A program made the position numbers and the translations under genes. The notes beneath the pieces are model-generated. The model ran no database searches and was not told where the DNA came from. It saw only the letters and a list, made by a program, of their open reading frames with translations. From Chiloscyllium plagiosum (taxonomy: Eukaryota), in the NCBI RefSeq assembly GCF_004010195.1, contig NC_057719.1, positions 72,824,088-72,888,087 of the forward strand: a stretch of 64,000 nt of DNA. The letters are read 5' to 3'. Of the stretch, positions 24,070-36,545 are shown piece by piece. Each line of letters opens with the position of its first letter. The first letter of the stretch is position 1.

Positions 24070-25494
24070 ATCACTACCTTTAAGCCAGGAGGCCCAGGTT
24101 CAAGTACCACTTTTAATTTAGATTAGATTCCCTACAGTATGGAAACAGGTCCTTTGGCCCAACAAGCTCATACCGACCCTCCGAAGAGTAACCCGCCCAA
24201 ACTCATTGTTGAGAGATGTGAAATAACATCTCTGAACCAGTTGATTAGAAAAATAGGTTCAATAGTTATACAGCAGACTCTAAAGGCCCTCGTATGGCAC
24301 ACTGATACTGTCCTTACTCCTAGACCTGGAGGCCTAGGTTCAAGTCCCACCTGGTCCAGAGGTGTGTAATAACATTTCTGAACAGATTGATTAGAAAAAT
24401 GGGTTAAATTAAAAAAAAAGAGCAGACCCTAGAGGGAGAGGGCACCTGCTTCTCTCAGTTCACCAACAATCAGGCATTTTGCCAATCAGAGTTTCAACCC
24501 CATCACTCGAAGGAGATGCTGAGATGAACCCCAGTAGATCCACACATGCGTTCCCTGACAGTCATATTTTTCCTTTAAGTTATTGGAAATATGTCATTTT
24601 TGCCCACAAATTTATCAATGGAATTCACTGGTCAATATTCAAAAGAATATCTAGCTGTGTTGAACTACAAACTGTTAGAAAAATAACTTTTTGGTTTTAA
24701 AAGCATACATAGAGAACTTGTTGACAGTTTCTTTACTAAATCAGCTTTTCCATAGTTGATTGCAAAGAAATAAACCCCTCACAGATTGAGGAGGGACTGT
24801 TGTCAAGTAAAAACAGAAAGAAAATTAAGCAGATCCCTCTTCCATTGTTACATTCGTGCCTGAATATCATCGGAGAAGGAGAATGAGTTGTCCATCAATG
24901 CTCTTGATGTCTTTAGAGAAAGGTGGTCATCATGAGTGATGAAGTGATTTATTTCTCCCTCCAACTCCATTTTGATTTCCATCCTTGCTGCTCTCCTTGG
25001 CTTCCCTCACCTTTGATGATTTGTCCACAATGGGCTTTGTATGTAAATACTCAATTGGCTAATTTTATTTTAAACTGGTGGTGGTGATTAATTTTTAAAA
25101 AAGCAAAACAGTCATGATGATTTTGGTAGTGGGACGATCACCTAATTGTATGTAATAGTTCTTCTGGGTAGAACCAGAAAAAGCAGACACCCCATGCAAG
25201 GTCTCTTGTGGTGCCGTTTATAGTATCCCTTTGAGCAAGTCCCACCTGTTTCAGAGGTGTGTAATAACATCTCTGAACAAGTTGCTTAGAAAAATCGGTT
25301 AAAAATAAAGCCTGGTAGCTCAGTTGATAGAACCTCAGTTTTGGAATTCAAGGATTCATTGTTCATGCCCTTCTTTGGTGGGCTCTTGAGGTCCTGTGAT
25401 ACTATCCCTACATTTGAACCAGGAGGCTAGGATTCAAGTCTCACCCACCTCTGGAGGTGTGTAATAACATCTCTGAATAGGTTGATTAGAAATA
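24070..25494 (+). repeat. Four copies of a ~115-bp tRNA-derived short SINE (24070-24255 split by an HE1 tail; 24285-24400; 25200-25295; 25381-25494)
   Basis: B box ggttcaagtccc, hairpin CAGAGGTGT-gtaata-ACATCTCTG, and end gttgattagaaaaat are shared among the copies. Confidence 0.8.
25310..25380 (+). pseudogene. Degenerate tRNA-Lys-like sequence
   Basis: gcctgg-tagctcagttgatagaacctcag...gttcatgccct aligns by eye to tRNA-Lys(TTT) GCCCGGATAGCTCAGTCGGTAGAGCATCAG; stems are broken. Confidence 0.55.
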
Positions 25495-25734
25495 TTTAGA
25501 CATAGAGAACAAATGTGATATTTCAAAATATGTAAATAATACAAAAAAAACTAAATTAGAAAAATCAGACCCCCACCTTACCAACCCCCCACCCCCGCTA
25601 CATTTGATGGTTCCCATTGCACATAAAGGAATTTGCATTGTAGGCTTCTAATTGGCTGCATGGGTGATTACTGATGGCGGTTAATAGTTAAACATACAAA
25701 AAATTCACATTGATTTAGTGGGAAAGGTGTTCAG

Positions 25735-26042
25735 TTGGCACAGTGGTTAGCACTGCTGTCTCACAGCGCCAGAGACCCGGGTTCAATTCCCGACTCAGGC
25801 GACTGATTGTGTGGAGTTTGCACGTTCTCCCCATGTCTGCGTGGGTTTCCTCCGGGTGCTCCGGTTTCCTCCCACAGTCCAAAGATGTGCAGGTCAGGTG
25901 AATTGACCATGCTAAATTGCCCGTAGTGTTAGGTAAAGGGGTAAATGTAGGGGAATGGGTGGGTTGCGCTTCGGCGGGTCGGTGTGGACTTGTTGGGCCG
26001 AAGGGCCTGTTTCCACACTGTAAGTAATCTAATCTAATCTAA
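25735..26042 (+). mobile_element. HE1 SINE, near full length
   Basis: A/B boxes, V-domain, (TAATC)n tail. Confidence 0.93.
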
Positions 26043-27384
26043 ACACTTCTGGATGTAAAAAGAAAGTCATTAGTGAAACAGACCCACTCCCTAACAATCC
26101 TGCCCTCTCACTTTTGATGATTTGCAATGTCGTAATAGGCTTTGCATGTAAATATCCAACTGTCTACACGATTACTGATTTGGTTGATCGTTTAAACCGA
26201 AAAAAAAGCACGGTGGTTTGGTGGCAGAAAAGTTGTTGATTGTGTATTATAACACTTCCAGATGTAAAAAAAGAAATGCACACCTCGGGACGGGTCTGTT
26301 GAACTGTCAGGGATTCGCCAATGTATGCCATTAGTAGTGGCTCCATTTTAGTCTTCAGCAATGACATTCCTTTCCGATTCGGTTTCTGAGTTATCACACT
26401 TTCTAATACCAGTAAAGGGTTTGATTTGACCACCAACATCAGGAAGACATGTTTCATAGTTTGAAATGTTTACTTGTCTATTAGCATGGTCAATGTGACA
26501 TTGGAGGTTGTTGATTGCTTCAAATCTCAGTGTCCTGCACCTGCAAACAATCTGTCACTTGCTGCTGAAATGAAGACATTGCAAAATTCTGAAACATTAC
26601 ATATGACTTCTCCATGATCTTGGATGGCCTGCTGAATGTTTTGAAAATGACACATTTTCATTACTTCCAAATTACCTAAATCCAAAGATTAATAATCATC
26701 GCTTGAAGTGGTGGTGGGGGAAGCTGTTGATATGGATTGGCAGTGTGGGCACAGCTGTCAGTTAGTGAGTTGATGTTTAATCACTGCCTGGAATTGAGGA
26801 AACATGAAGCAGTTTGGACTCTCCTTTTTATATACCTGCTCACATAAACCATTCACTGATCATAGAAACTCACCAATTTATCATGAACATTGTGGAATCA
26901 ATTAGGAAACAAGCTATCATGGATCTAGTTATGCACAATAAATGAATAATTCACAATATCATCATAAAGACTTCAGTAAGGAAGCATATTTATAAAATAA
27001 TAACTTTAGTGATATCACAAAATGGTGGAAGGCACTGGATACTGCAACAGCTATGGGCTCTGACAACATTGGCTGAACAGATCTCGATGGGTCGAATAGC
27101 CTAGTTCTGCTCAAATGTCTTATGATATAACATTTTTGGAAATAATGCTGAAAATGTGCACTCCAGAGCTCACTGTTCACTTAGTCGAGCTGTTCACATG
27201 CAATTACAAATTTGCACATTCCAGACGGTGGGCAAAATGGTCCCGTTATTATCCTGTTTGGAAGAACAAGACAAACCCTGATAATGCCAATTACTAATTA
27301 TCAGAAAAGTAATGGAAGGGGTCATCAGCAGTGTTCGGAAATTGCAATTCCTCAGCAAGAACCTGCTCACTAATGCTCAGTTTT

Positions 27385-28005
27385 AATGGTGGTAGAGTAG
27401 GATGGTCCAGATGGAGCTCATCCGTTCCCTTTTTATCTCTTTCGTGTATTTTTTATTCCTTCTTCTCCCAGCCACAGATTCGTAGCCACTGACTCCTGGG
27501 CTCAGACTCAACACAGACCCAGCATGGCGGCCTCCTGGCTCAGTGAGGTGGACCTTTGGCCTGGTGTGGTCACCTCCAGCCTGGCAAGGTGAACCTTCGG
27601 CCCAGCGTGGAGGACTCTCAGCCTGGTGTGGTGGGCTCTTGGCCCAGCATTTATTACTGATATGTGGCAGTTTCTCTGCCTGGCATGGCATCAGTGCGGA
27701 TGTCCAGTCTCAAGGTGATCCCTCAAAGTGCAGACCCACCGAAGCTAAGCACTTAAGGAAAGACTGCAATGTTGGAAATTTCAGCTTTATTTCTTTATTT
27801 TCTGCTTAAAACTAAGAAGATCTGCAACTTTTAACCGTGTTTCATATGTTTTGAGCTATACAATAATTACTGCAATGTCCAACTTCTAATTTTGTTATTT
27901 CTTTTTATCTTGTTCTTAAAATTCTATATCTTGATACTTATTATACACTTTTCACTGTACTCCTGTACTTTTATACATAAGTACAAGTGACAATCAAATC
28001 AAATT
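27385..28005 (+). mobile_element. Non-coding retroposon with internal 21-bp minisatellite and Rex1/Babar-like tail
   Basis: Tandem units at ~27526-27650; tail cttttcactgtac...gtgacaatcaaatcaaat, similar to 46860-46915. Confidence 0.6.
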
Positions 28006-28220
28006 TCACCAGGGCCACTTTGCTCCTGACATTATAGCTTTGGTCAAAACATGGTAGAGGATCTGAATTCGAGAGGGGAAGTAACAGTGACTGCCTTTGA
28101 TGTCAAGGCAGCACTTGAGTAGGTTTGGCACCAAGGCATCCTTACAAAATTGGAGGGTATTATGTGACAGCTGTCTGGGTAATACTTTGAACAAAAGAAA
28201 TTAGCAGTAGTTGTTAGAGG

Positions 28221-28818
28221 TATGATGAAAGGTATGTGATTTACATACACATAATTACTTGATAGTTTGGCAGATGGGTGTTGTCACATAGTGAAGAAGT
28301 GTGAAAAATGCAAAGTCCTTTCTAGAGCCTAATTGTGTATGAGTCAGAACAGGTGAGCTCAAGCCTCCTGGAGTGTCACTGGAAGACTTTTTGTTTGCAC
28401 TGTGGAGATTATATCTGGGATTAAACATTGGCAGAGATTAACTTGCTTTTGGTTTAAGATAATCAAGGATTGCTGTGATCCTTGAAAAACAGAAATTAAC
28501 AGGGTTTACATGAAAGAACTGAGGAGACCCAGTTAAGTCAAACTTAAAAGATTTGAGACAGTATCTGGAGTTGAAATGTGGTAACGTGGCGATGTTGAAG
28601 AATAGATGAGACTCTGTTATGGCATGTGTTTAAGATCTTTCAGATTGTGTTCTATATTTAAATAGTTTGCTTTCTTTTGGGTAATAAACTTCTGTTTTAT
28701 TGAAAATCTGCAATTTTGAATAGCTGTTTCTGTGAATGAATAAAATCTATAATCTCTCAAGCCAGATTTCAATCTGGGGTATAAATTGTTTAATCGTAAC
28801 ACAGCTGGGATCACAACA
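28221..28818 (+). mobile_element. Solo LTR (Gypsy-like, 4-bp TSD)
   Basis: GAGG at 28217-28220 and 28819-28822; ends ...cacaaCA; starts TAtgatg (decayed TG); internal AATAAA at ~28683; host LINE resumes on both sides. Confidence 0.65.
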
Positions 28819-29533
28819 GAGGTCAATTATTCTTAGTCTCAGGATATCTCTGCAGAAGATCCTCAGGATCATGTGTAAGGCCCAACCATTTTCCGCTAAT
28901 TCATCAACGATACCCTCCATCATAAGAGATCAGAAGACAACGTGTTAGCTAATGTTTACACAACGTTCAGTAACATTTGCAATTCTTGAGATACTGAAGC
29001 ATTCCACATCCGTATGGAGCAAAAGCTAAACAAAAGCTAGGTTGGCACTGATAAGTAGCAAGCTCCACACAAGTGCCAAGCAATGACCATGTCCAACAGG
29101 AGAAAATCTAACCTTACAATGACATTGTAATCACCAAATCATCCACTATCGATAACCACAAGCTTCAACATTCAGTCCCTCCACCACCGATGCACAGTGG
29201 TATCATTGTGTACCATCTGCATGAGGCACTGTAATGCAAGTCATCAGTTGTTCCACAATACTTTCCAAACCTGCTAACTCTACACCTTGGACAAGGGCAA
29301 CAAAGGCATGGGACCATGACTCATCTGCAAGTACTTCTGTAAATCACATACCCTTCGAAGTTGGAACTATATCATTATCCCTTCATTGCCACTGGGGCAC
29401 AAGAAAAGGTGTACAATATTGTGAAGATTAGACTTAGACTGGAAGATTGGGAACATTTAAAAAAAAGGGATGATTAAAAAGCTGAGTAAGAAAATAGTTT
29501 GCGGTTAAATAAAATAAATAGCAAAATAATGAG

Positions 29534-30718
29534 CAAATCAACAAGGAGCAAATCATCAAGCTAGTGGACCTATGCCTTACCACCCACTTCACCTTCAACA
29601 ACAAAACTTACAGACAAACCAATGGAACACCCATGGGATCTCTGATATCAGCGTTCTTAGCAGAGGCAGTAATGCAGAGACTTGAGCAAACAGCTCTGCC
29701 AACCATCCAACCCAAACTCTAGGTCCGCTAAGTGGATGATACCTTTGTCATCACTAAACGAAACAAGTTAGAGGAAACCTTCAAGACCATCAATAATACC
29801 CTTACTGGCATAAAATTCACCAAAGAGGAGGAAAACAACAACAAACTGCCATTCCTAGATGTCACATTAGAGCAAACTGCCAATGGGGAACTTCAAACCA
29901 GCGTCTAAAGAAAAACAACACATATGGACCAAATATTGAACTACAGAAGCAATCATCCCAACATCCACAAATGAAGCTGCATCAGAACATTATTTCAACA
30001 AGCCAACACACACTGCAGCACAGAGGAACTATGGAGAGCAGAGAAAAATTATCTATACCGTGTATTTAAAAAGAATGGGTACCCAATTGTTTTAAAAAAT
30101 TCTCAAGGTCAGGTTCATAGGAGAGTAGTCTGACACAGAACAAACGACCCAACACACTAAAACAGCAGCTAATGAACTTGAAAGACCCCATACAGGCAAT
30201 GAGCAAAACTAATGTCATTTACAAAATACCATGCAAGGACTGTAACAAACACTACATTGGATAAACAGGCAGAAAGCTAGCTACCAGGATACATGAACAC
30301 CTACTAGCCACAAAAAGATTTGACCCTCTCTCACTAATATCCTCACAAATGGATAAGGAAGGACACCACTTTGACTGGGACAATACATCCATCCTAGGAC
30401 AAGCCAAACAAAGACACACATGAGAATTCCTAGAAGCATGGCATTTCAAACGGAACTCTATCAACAAACATATTGAGTTAGACTCCATCTACTACCCCCT
30501 GAGAAAAAGAACAGGAAGTGACTTCACCACAGGAAATGACATCACCAACCCAAACATATAAATAGAAAGCAGGAATTTTTCAGCATTGCTTTTCATGAGG
30601 TCTGCTGAAGATGTTACCTAGTAAGGTAATGAAATGTCTGGAAATGAACCTTTCAGCTCAGTCAGCAAACCTACATTCAAAACCTCAACTGAAGCTACAA
30701 ATCTTCTCAAAACTCGCT
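29534..30718 (+). mobile_element. Penelope-like element, second family (RT, GIY-YIG, HHR), inside a CR1 relic (~29400-31890)
   Basis: GTPMGS, (Y)VDDTF, NVIYKIPCKDCNKHYIG.TGR; HHR CTGAAGA-t-gttacc-tagtaa-ggtaat-GAAA at 30605-30634; probable TSD AAA(A/G)TAATGAG. Confidence 0.9.
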
Positions 30719-32599
30719 AAAGTAATGAGTTTCTGTAAGTATATAAAGAAGAAGCAACCAACTGTGTAAGGATTAGTCCCTTTGTGGATGAGACAGGTGA
30801 ATAAAGTGAAAAAGGAAATGACAGATACTTAGGACAAATATTTTATGTGTCTTCATGGTAAAGTACACTAAATCAAGCCAATAAAACAGGAAGAGGGCAA
30901 AATGGTTTGATAGAACTTAAAACAATTGTTACCACTAAAGATACAACTTGGGAAATTAATGGGAATAAAAGCAACTTGTCCCCAGACTATCTTAAGAGGT
31001 GAAAAAGAGGAACCTACAGCAGCAGTTTATTTAGATTTCCAAGAAAGTACAAAAGAAATGTTTACTGTGAAAGTTAACAACTCAAAAATTTGGAAAGTGG
31101 ATGTGTAACAAAATTCTAAAGATTCTGAAAAGTTATTTAGAAATATGAGTGGCAAAAGTTTCGTATATGGGATACAATATAAAAAGTGTGATGTTATTCA
31201 CTTTGGAAGGAAGGAAAGCAAAAACGTTTTAAATAGTGAGGCAACAGAATGCCGTTGTATACAGGAATCTTAAATCAATCAGAAAAACTTAGAAGGTACA
31301 GCAAGTATTATGAAGATAGATCAAATGTTTTAGTGCAAGTTGGATAGAACATAAAAGTTGGAAGTCTTGCTACAATTTTACAGGGCATTAGTGAAAACAG
31401 ACCTCGTGCACTGTGTAAAAGATTTGTCTCTAAGGAGGAAAATTCATGCACTGGAAGCAGTTTATTTGGATGGTTCCAGAAAAGAATTCTCATAGGGGAA
31501 AATTATGAGCTGTTGTGCCTAAACTATTGGGAGTTTGGAAGAATGAGCGCTGATTTGACTGAAACAGATAGTTTCCAGTCACCTGAATGTTTTAATTCTT
31601 AGGGATTTCTAAAACTATAGCATAATTTTAGAATTTAGAGACAGTTAAGGTAATGAGGAGTAAGAAATTCTTCTCTGAAAGTCATGAATCTTTTAAGATA
31701 TCTATTCAAGAGACCTCTGGAGAGTGAATTATTTAATGTATTGAAGGCTGAGAGAGAGAAATTCTTAAACTTTAGAGGAGTCAAGGATTAGGGGGAACAA
31801 GCAGGCAAATGGATCTGATACGAAGACCAGCTCATCCACAATGTTATCGAACGCTGGATCAGCATCAAGAGGCCAAAGTTCCACAACCCTGAGGTTCTGA
31901 GAATGAAGATGCACAGATTCCAAAACCTATTTATGCAAAGAACCACAAAACAGGTCATCAAATTTACTTCTAATTTTACAAATTTTAGAATATTTCAATT
32001 TTTAGCTTTTTGTGGACATATGTCATAATTTCATAATGTATAAATGTAAAACAAGAACCGAAGAAAGTGAAAGTTACATTGTTTCATCTTATGACCATTC
32101 TTCAGAGGCCATCAGGAAAGGGTCTTTCCAGTTCTGTTAGATGTTCATCTAGGTTCAGTGGTAAGGACAGAATGACTTTTTTTAAAATTAGGATTGTTAA
32201 TAGAGTATAGCAAACTATTTGAATCTTTTTTCTCTTACTTCCAATAAATCTTTCTCATTGTTTGTTGCCTTCATCTTAAATGCTATACCTGCATGCTGTT
32301 TTGCATTTCATATGTGAGGACAGTTTGATTGTGTTTATTCCATCTCCTTTATAGGTTAGAGAGTAGGATTCATACCATATCTAGTAAGCTGTGGATTTCT
32401 GCTCAAAATGTGCAAGCTACAATATCAAGCACTATGTCTGCAAGAGCACTAGAAGAGGAGATTAAAATCCAAAAACAACAATTTTCTCCCATTTTATTGA
32501 AAAGTATCTGTAAGCAATTTGTCATTCAATCATAGAACATGGTTATTGCTGAAAAAAGAGACAGTGTGAAAGCGTTTCATCAGGGTAGTTAGCAAGACT

Positions 32600-33300
32600 A
32601 ACTATTTATATTACCTGAAAAACATGATTGGTTGAGATGTTGGCATAAAGAATGCACCAGACAACAGTTACTCTAAAGCTTTTGCTTAATTTTAAACAAG
32701 GTTAAGTCAACTGTCTGAAATTCACAATAGGGAATACCACAGCATATGAATATATGTATCATCTTCCAAGCATACAGTGAATTATTAAGTACTATCCAAT
32801 TGTGGGGTTACACCTAATGTTGGGAAATATTTGTGAATGCAGCCAGAACTTTTTGTCTTTTGTGAATGGCCAGTTGTTGTGATGTGTAGCCATCGTACCA
32901 TCACCACTGGCATTGAAATTCACATATGTCATTTGTTTGTGGGGTAGACAATGTTTTTTTAGCTTGACAGCAGCATCCTTTTAATGGCTAATATGATACA
33001 CTGACCAGTGAAGGTAAGTTTATGGTGGTAGTAGAGAACCCATTTAGCTAATTGCTCAACTGGGACATTGATGAAAGGGGGTTTATAGACTACTCTAAAG
33101 GTGAATTTGAAAGCTGGTTGGAGCCCATGTATAAACAAAGGTTTAGGAGCAGTTGCAGATTCACATGTAACAAAGATATGATCTATGCAAGTGCAGGAAT
33201 GAGATGTCATTCCACTGAAACCATATTCCTAATAGAAACTGACAAAAATGTTAGTGCGAGTGGATCCCATGGTAACCCCACCTATTTGTCCATTAATATG
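32600..33300 (-). mobile_element. Old PLE RT fragment
   Basis: QIGGVTMGS..NIFV and K.TFTGQ remnants on the minus strand. Confidence 0.6.
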
Positions 33301-34069
33301 TAAAAGAAAAAAAAAAAGTGAATGAAGTCCTTAGAATAAGAACTTATTGTAATCATATGGCCTTAATTGTTTTGAAGGCATCCAGCTGTTAGTACCAGAC
33401 AAGTCAGGTTCTAAATAAGTGCAAAATCTAGCTTGGGAAGAGTTTTTAAAATTGTGAAAGAACTAATGATGTACAATTCCTGAGACTGGGGCCTGTTCCC
33501 ACTTATAGCTGTGGACACATGCTCTATATGAACAAAGTACATTCCTTAGAAGTCAGGACACAAAGCAAAATCATAAACAAAGCTGGTGAAAAAGGTTCCT
33601 GGGACTAACTGTATGTTGCCAAAATGACTTCCTGGCTTAGTTCTTAAATGTAGCATTATATGATAAAGCAAACCAGCAAGGTCACAGGCTTGATGTGTAG
33701 ACTGTGCTGTTTTTGAACAAAGCTCGAACAAATCTAAGCGTATGAACTATTATCAGTATTTCTGGATTAGGGAAACAGTCATGGCTCCAAAATGCCTGAA
33801 AGTGAAACAATATAAATTCTACTGACTCTCACCTAAGAATAAAGTCTGTCAAAATATTTAGTTCCCACATGTGGAATGTTTGATAGTACCTAGGGAATTG
33901 TATGGCACAGATATCAGCATCGACACCAGAAGGAAGGAAAAAGATGGAGGAGACAAAAAAAATCTACAAAATAATAAGTTTGTTGTCTGATTTTGGTTTG
34001 AACCTTTGGAGTCATATGATGGGACAGGAAGAACTTAAGAGGAAGGAAAAGTTAGGAATAATAAAGCAG

Positions 34070-35065
34070 ACAAAATTAAATTAGCTTTATTTCAGTGAAG
34101 TTACAAAAGCAAAATGTAACAATAATGCACATGTGGTTATTCTGTAGAATTTACAACGGTGTTTTATACATGGCATTTAAGCCACCTATTAGTACAGTAC
34201 TTTAGAGCTTTAGTTAAACCAAAAGATACAAACTAGTCAGTGGCAGCAGGCAGACTGCTTTACTGTGAGAATAACTTTTGGAATTAGACCTTCTGTATAA
34301 AGATTACTCCAGAATAAGATTATTATACACAGTGTGCAATGTCATAATTACTGACAAAAACACAACTGAATGGCATCAACAGCCATATTCAGTAAACAAT
34401 TTATGGTTACAAATTTATTTTCCTTTTTAAAAAGTTTCAAGAGAGTCCAGAGTACATTTTTAAAAACAGATTTAGTAGTGGTAACTTTATTCACTTGAAA
34501 AAAATAATAGCATTGTAGTGCAATTATCTTCAGAGTCCATTTATGAAGTTAGCTACTGCTGGTTATAAATTGGTTGTTCTGGAGCATACTAATAACACTG
34601 CTGCATTAGGTTTTCTGCAAATTCTGGCAAGAGGAGAGCAATATTTTTAGTGAAAAACATGTTTGCATAAAATTATCTTTAACATTCCTACTAATCTACT
34701 TGCAGTTGTTTCCTTGGAGATCAAGTTCTTGTTAACGAGCCATTCCAAATCCTTAAGCTATTGTAATAACACAGTTGAAATAGTTTTAAGACTTCAGTTT
34801 TGTGAATTAGCAATTAAAGTGAGAATGGTAAAATAAATGTTTAAAATTGTAAACATGGATTTAGAACATTAAATTTGGGATGTTCAAGTTAAAGGTTAAC
34901 ACATCCACACATTGTTCTAAATGTTAGCCCTCTGTCATAACTGAAACATGCGAGATTAAGTCATAAGATTTATTTCTAAAACATTTCTTCCATTCATATT
35001 CCTTTGCTTGGTCTAGTTTAGTCAGCTTAATAATACTCGCAGTTCCGTAAACTGGTTTACAGCTC
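34070..35065 (-). terminator. HEATR5A 3' UTR with candidate polyadenylation signals
   Basis: AT-rich and repeat-free. Minus-strand AATAAA at 34974-34969, 34491-34486, 34419-34414 and 34091-34086; the last is followed by U/GU-rich sequence. Confidence 0.6.
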
Positions 35066-35379
35066 TTAGAAATTAGAAAAATTGGTCTTGAGCTGAATGC
35101 TGGGAGAAGTTTTCTCAGAACACTTGGACTGTCCAGCTGCTGTCTTTGCTTTGATGCTCTCCTGGTTACCTTTAACAGCACTTTCAAGCCTGGCTTTCAT
35201 AGCTGGCAAAGTACCCATTAATGTTTGAAAAATGGATGGATACCGAGGGCCTATTTGCATCAGGTTCTGAAGGGCAAACTCATGTAAACTCTTGGCTGGA
35301 TTTGGTGCTGTATTTAAAGCATTTTCATCCAAAAGACAAGATATCAGGATTGGTAGAAGCAAGACTACCAAATGGACTC
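35066..35379 (-). CDS. HEATR5A: HEATR5A last coding exon with TAA stop
   Basis: (R)VHLVVLLLPILISCLLDEN...LHEFALQNLMQIGP...AVKGNQES...SIQLKTNFSNF*. The AVKGNQES/SIQLKT motifs and adjacency to HECTD1 favour HEATR5A over HEATR5B. Confidence 0.94.
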
Positions 35380-35797
35380 CTGTAACATATGAACAAACAA
35401 TTTAAACAAATTTACACTAGAACTGAATCTGTATAAATGTATGCAATGGTCAAGTTGAATTTTGTACAGAAAATGTATGCATGATCACCAAATGGGAGTG
35501 GAGTTTTAAAAATCTGCAATTTAGTTAACATAACTAACTGAAGCGCTGAAGGCGTCACGAGCGAACATTTCATTACATTCTGAACTCAAATGTTACATGT
35601 ACACATTCAATGTACAGTCAATTTTAAATAAAGCAATTACTATCCCGCTTTGAAAAACAGCTGAACTGCTAATGGAGCCTGACAGTTGTTGTCAGTATTC
35701 TGGCCAAACAGAAAATAAATCAGAATTTCTAACCAATTTAGAAAAGTGTGGAAGGATCGACACAGGATTAAAACAAGATCAAACTCAATTCTCATCT

Positions 35798-36031
35798 ACT
35801 GTGTGGAGTTTGCACATTCTCCCTGTGTCTGTGTGAGTTTCATCTAGGTGCGCCGGTATCCTGCCACAATCCAAAAGATATGCAGTTCAGGTGGGTTGGT
35901 CATGGTAAATTGCCCATAGTATTAGGTACATTAGTCAGAGAGAAATAGGTCTGGGTGGGTTACTCTTGGAGGGTCAGCATAGCCTTGGTGGGCCAAATGG
36001 CCTGTTTCCACACTGTAGGGAATCTAATCTA
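35798..36031 (+). mobile_element. HE1 SINE, 5'-truncated
   Basis: V-domain and aatctaatct tail. Confidence 0.85.
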
Positions 36032-36331
36032 AAAACTTCCAGCACTCATTTAAGAAAGTTGTGCAATCTTTCTCTTCTTTCCATTCCCAGACAACAATTC
36101 AATGCGGACAAACTACATGATGATTTTCTATCTAGGTAGGTGCTCATGCTTCCCAGCAGCTAACAAAGGAGGATGCAAGCATAGGACTTAAACATTCATC
36201 CTCACAGCAGTGCAAAAAGAAACAAGGATAATGGCAGAATTAAAAATTGAGTTAATTAGTAAAGTCCCTCAGCTACAAACTGAACATAATTCTTAGCTGT
36301 TACTGGAAGTGAACTGCAAAAAAGCACTCAC

Positions 36332-36545
36332 TGTTTTGTTCATCAGCCAAGCTGATCAAAGTCTCCAAAGTCTTCAATCCTGCTTGCACAGCCTGCAATT
36401 CTGCACATGTGCTTGGCTTTTCTTTCTCCACTTCTCTCAATTTTTGTACAATTAGAATAGTCAAGGAGTGAATGTAAGGAGTAGATACTGCCCGGTTAGG
36501 ATGCTGAAATATTGTCTGCAGTAGTTTGTAGCACTGCACAAGCAC
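36332..36545 (-). CDS. HEATR5A: HEATR5A penultimate coding exon
   Basis: VLVQCYKLLQTIFQHPNRAVSTPYIHSL...LADEQN; tcttag| and |gtgagt; 214 nt. Confidence 0.94.

Larger units (their letters stand above)
26990..29400 (+). mobile_element. Jockey/CR1-group LINE (decayed) carrying two nested insertions
   Basis: AMGSDNI; AQF|HQGH.APD split at 27383/28006; VV.G|Q split at 28220/28823. Confidence 0.75.

Noticed and set aside
25735..25810. Functional tRNA gene
   Set aside because: tRNA-derived head of an HE1 SINE.
26045..26280. ~25-bp direct repeat cacttc(t/c)(g/a)gatgtaaaaa about 207 bp apart
   Set aside because: Could not be tied to an element or function; probably part of a decayed repeat.
27526..27650. 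Regular repeats as a CRISPR array
   Set aside because: Eukaryotic minisatellite without spacers or cas genes.
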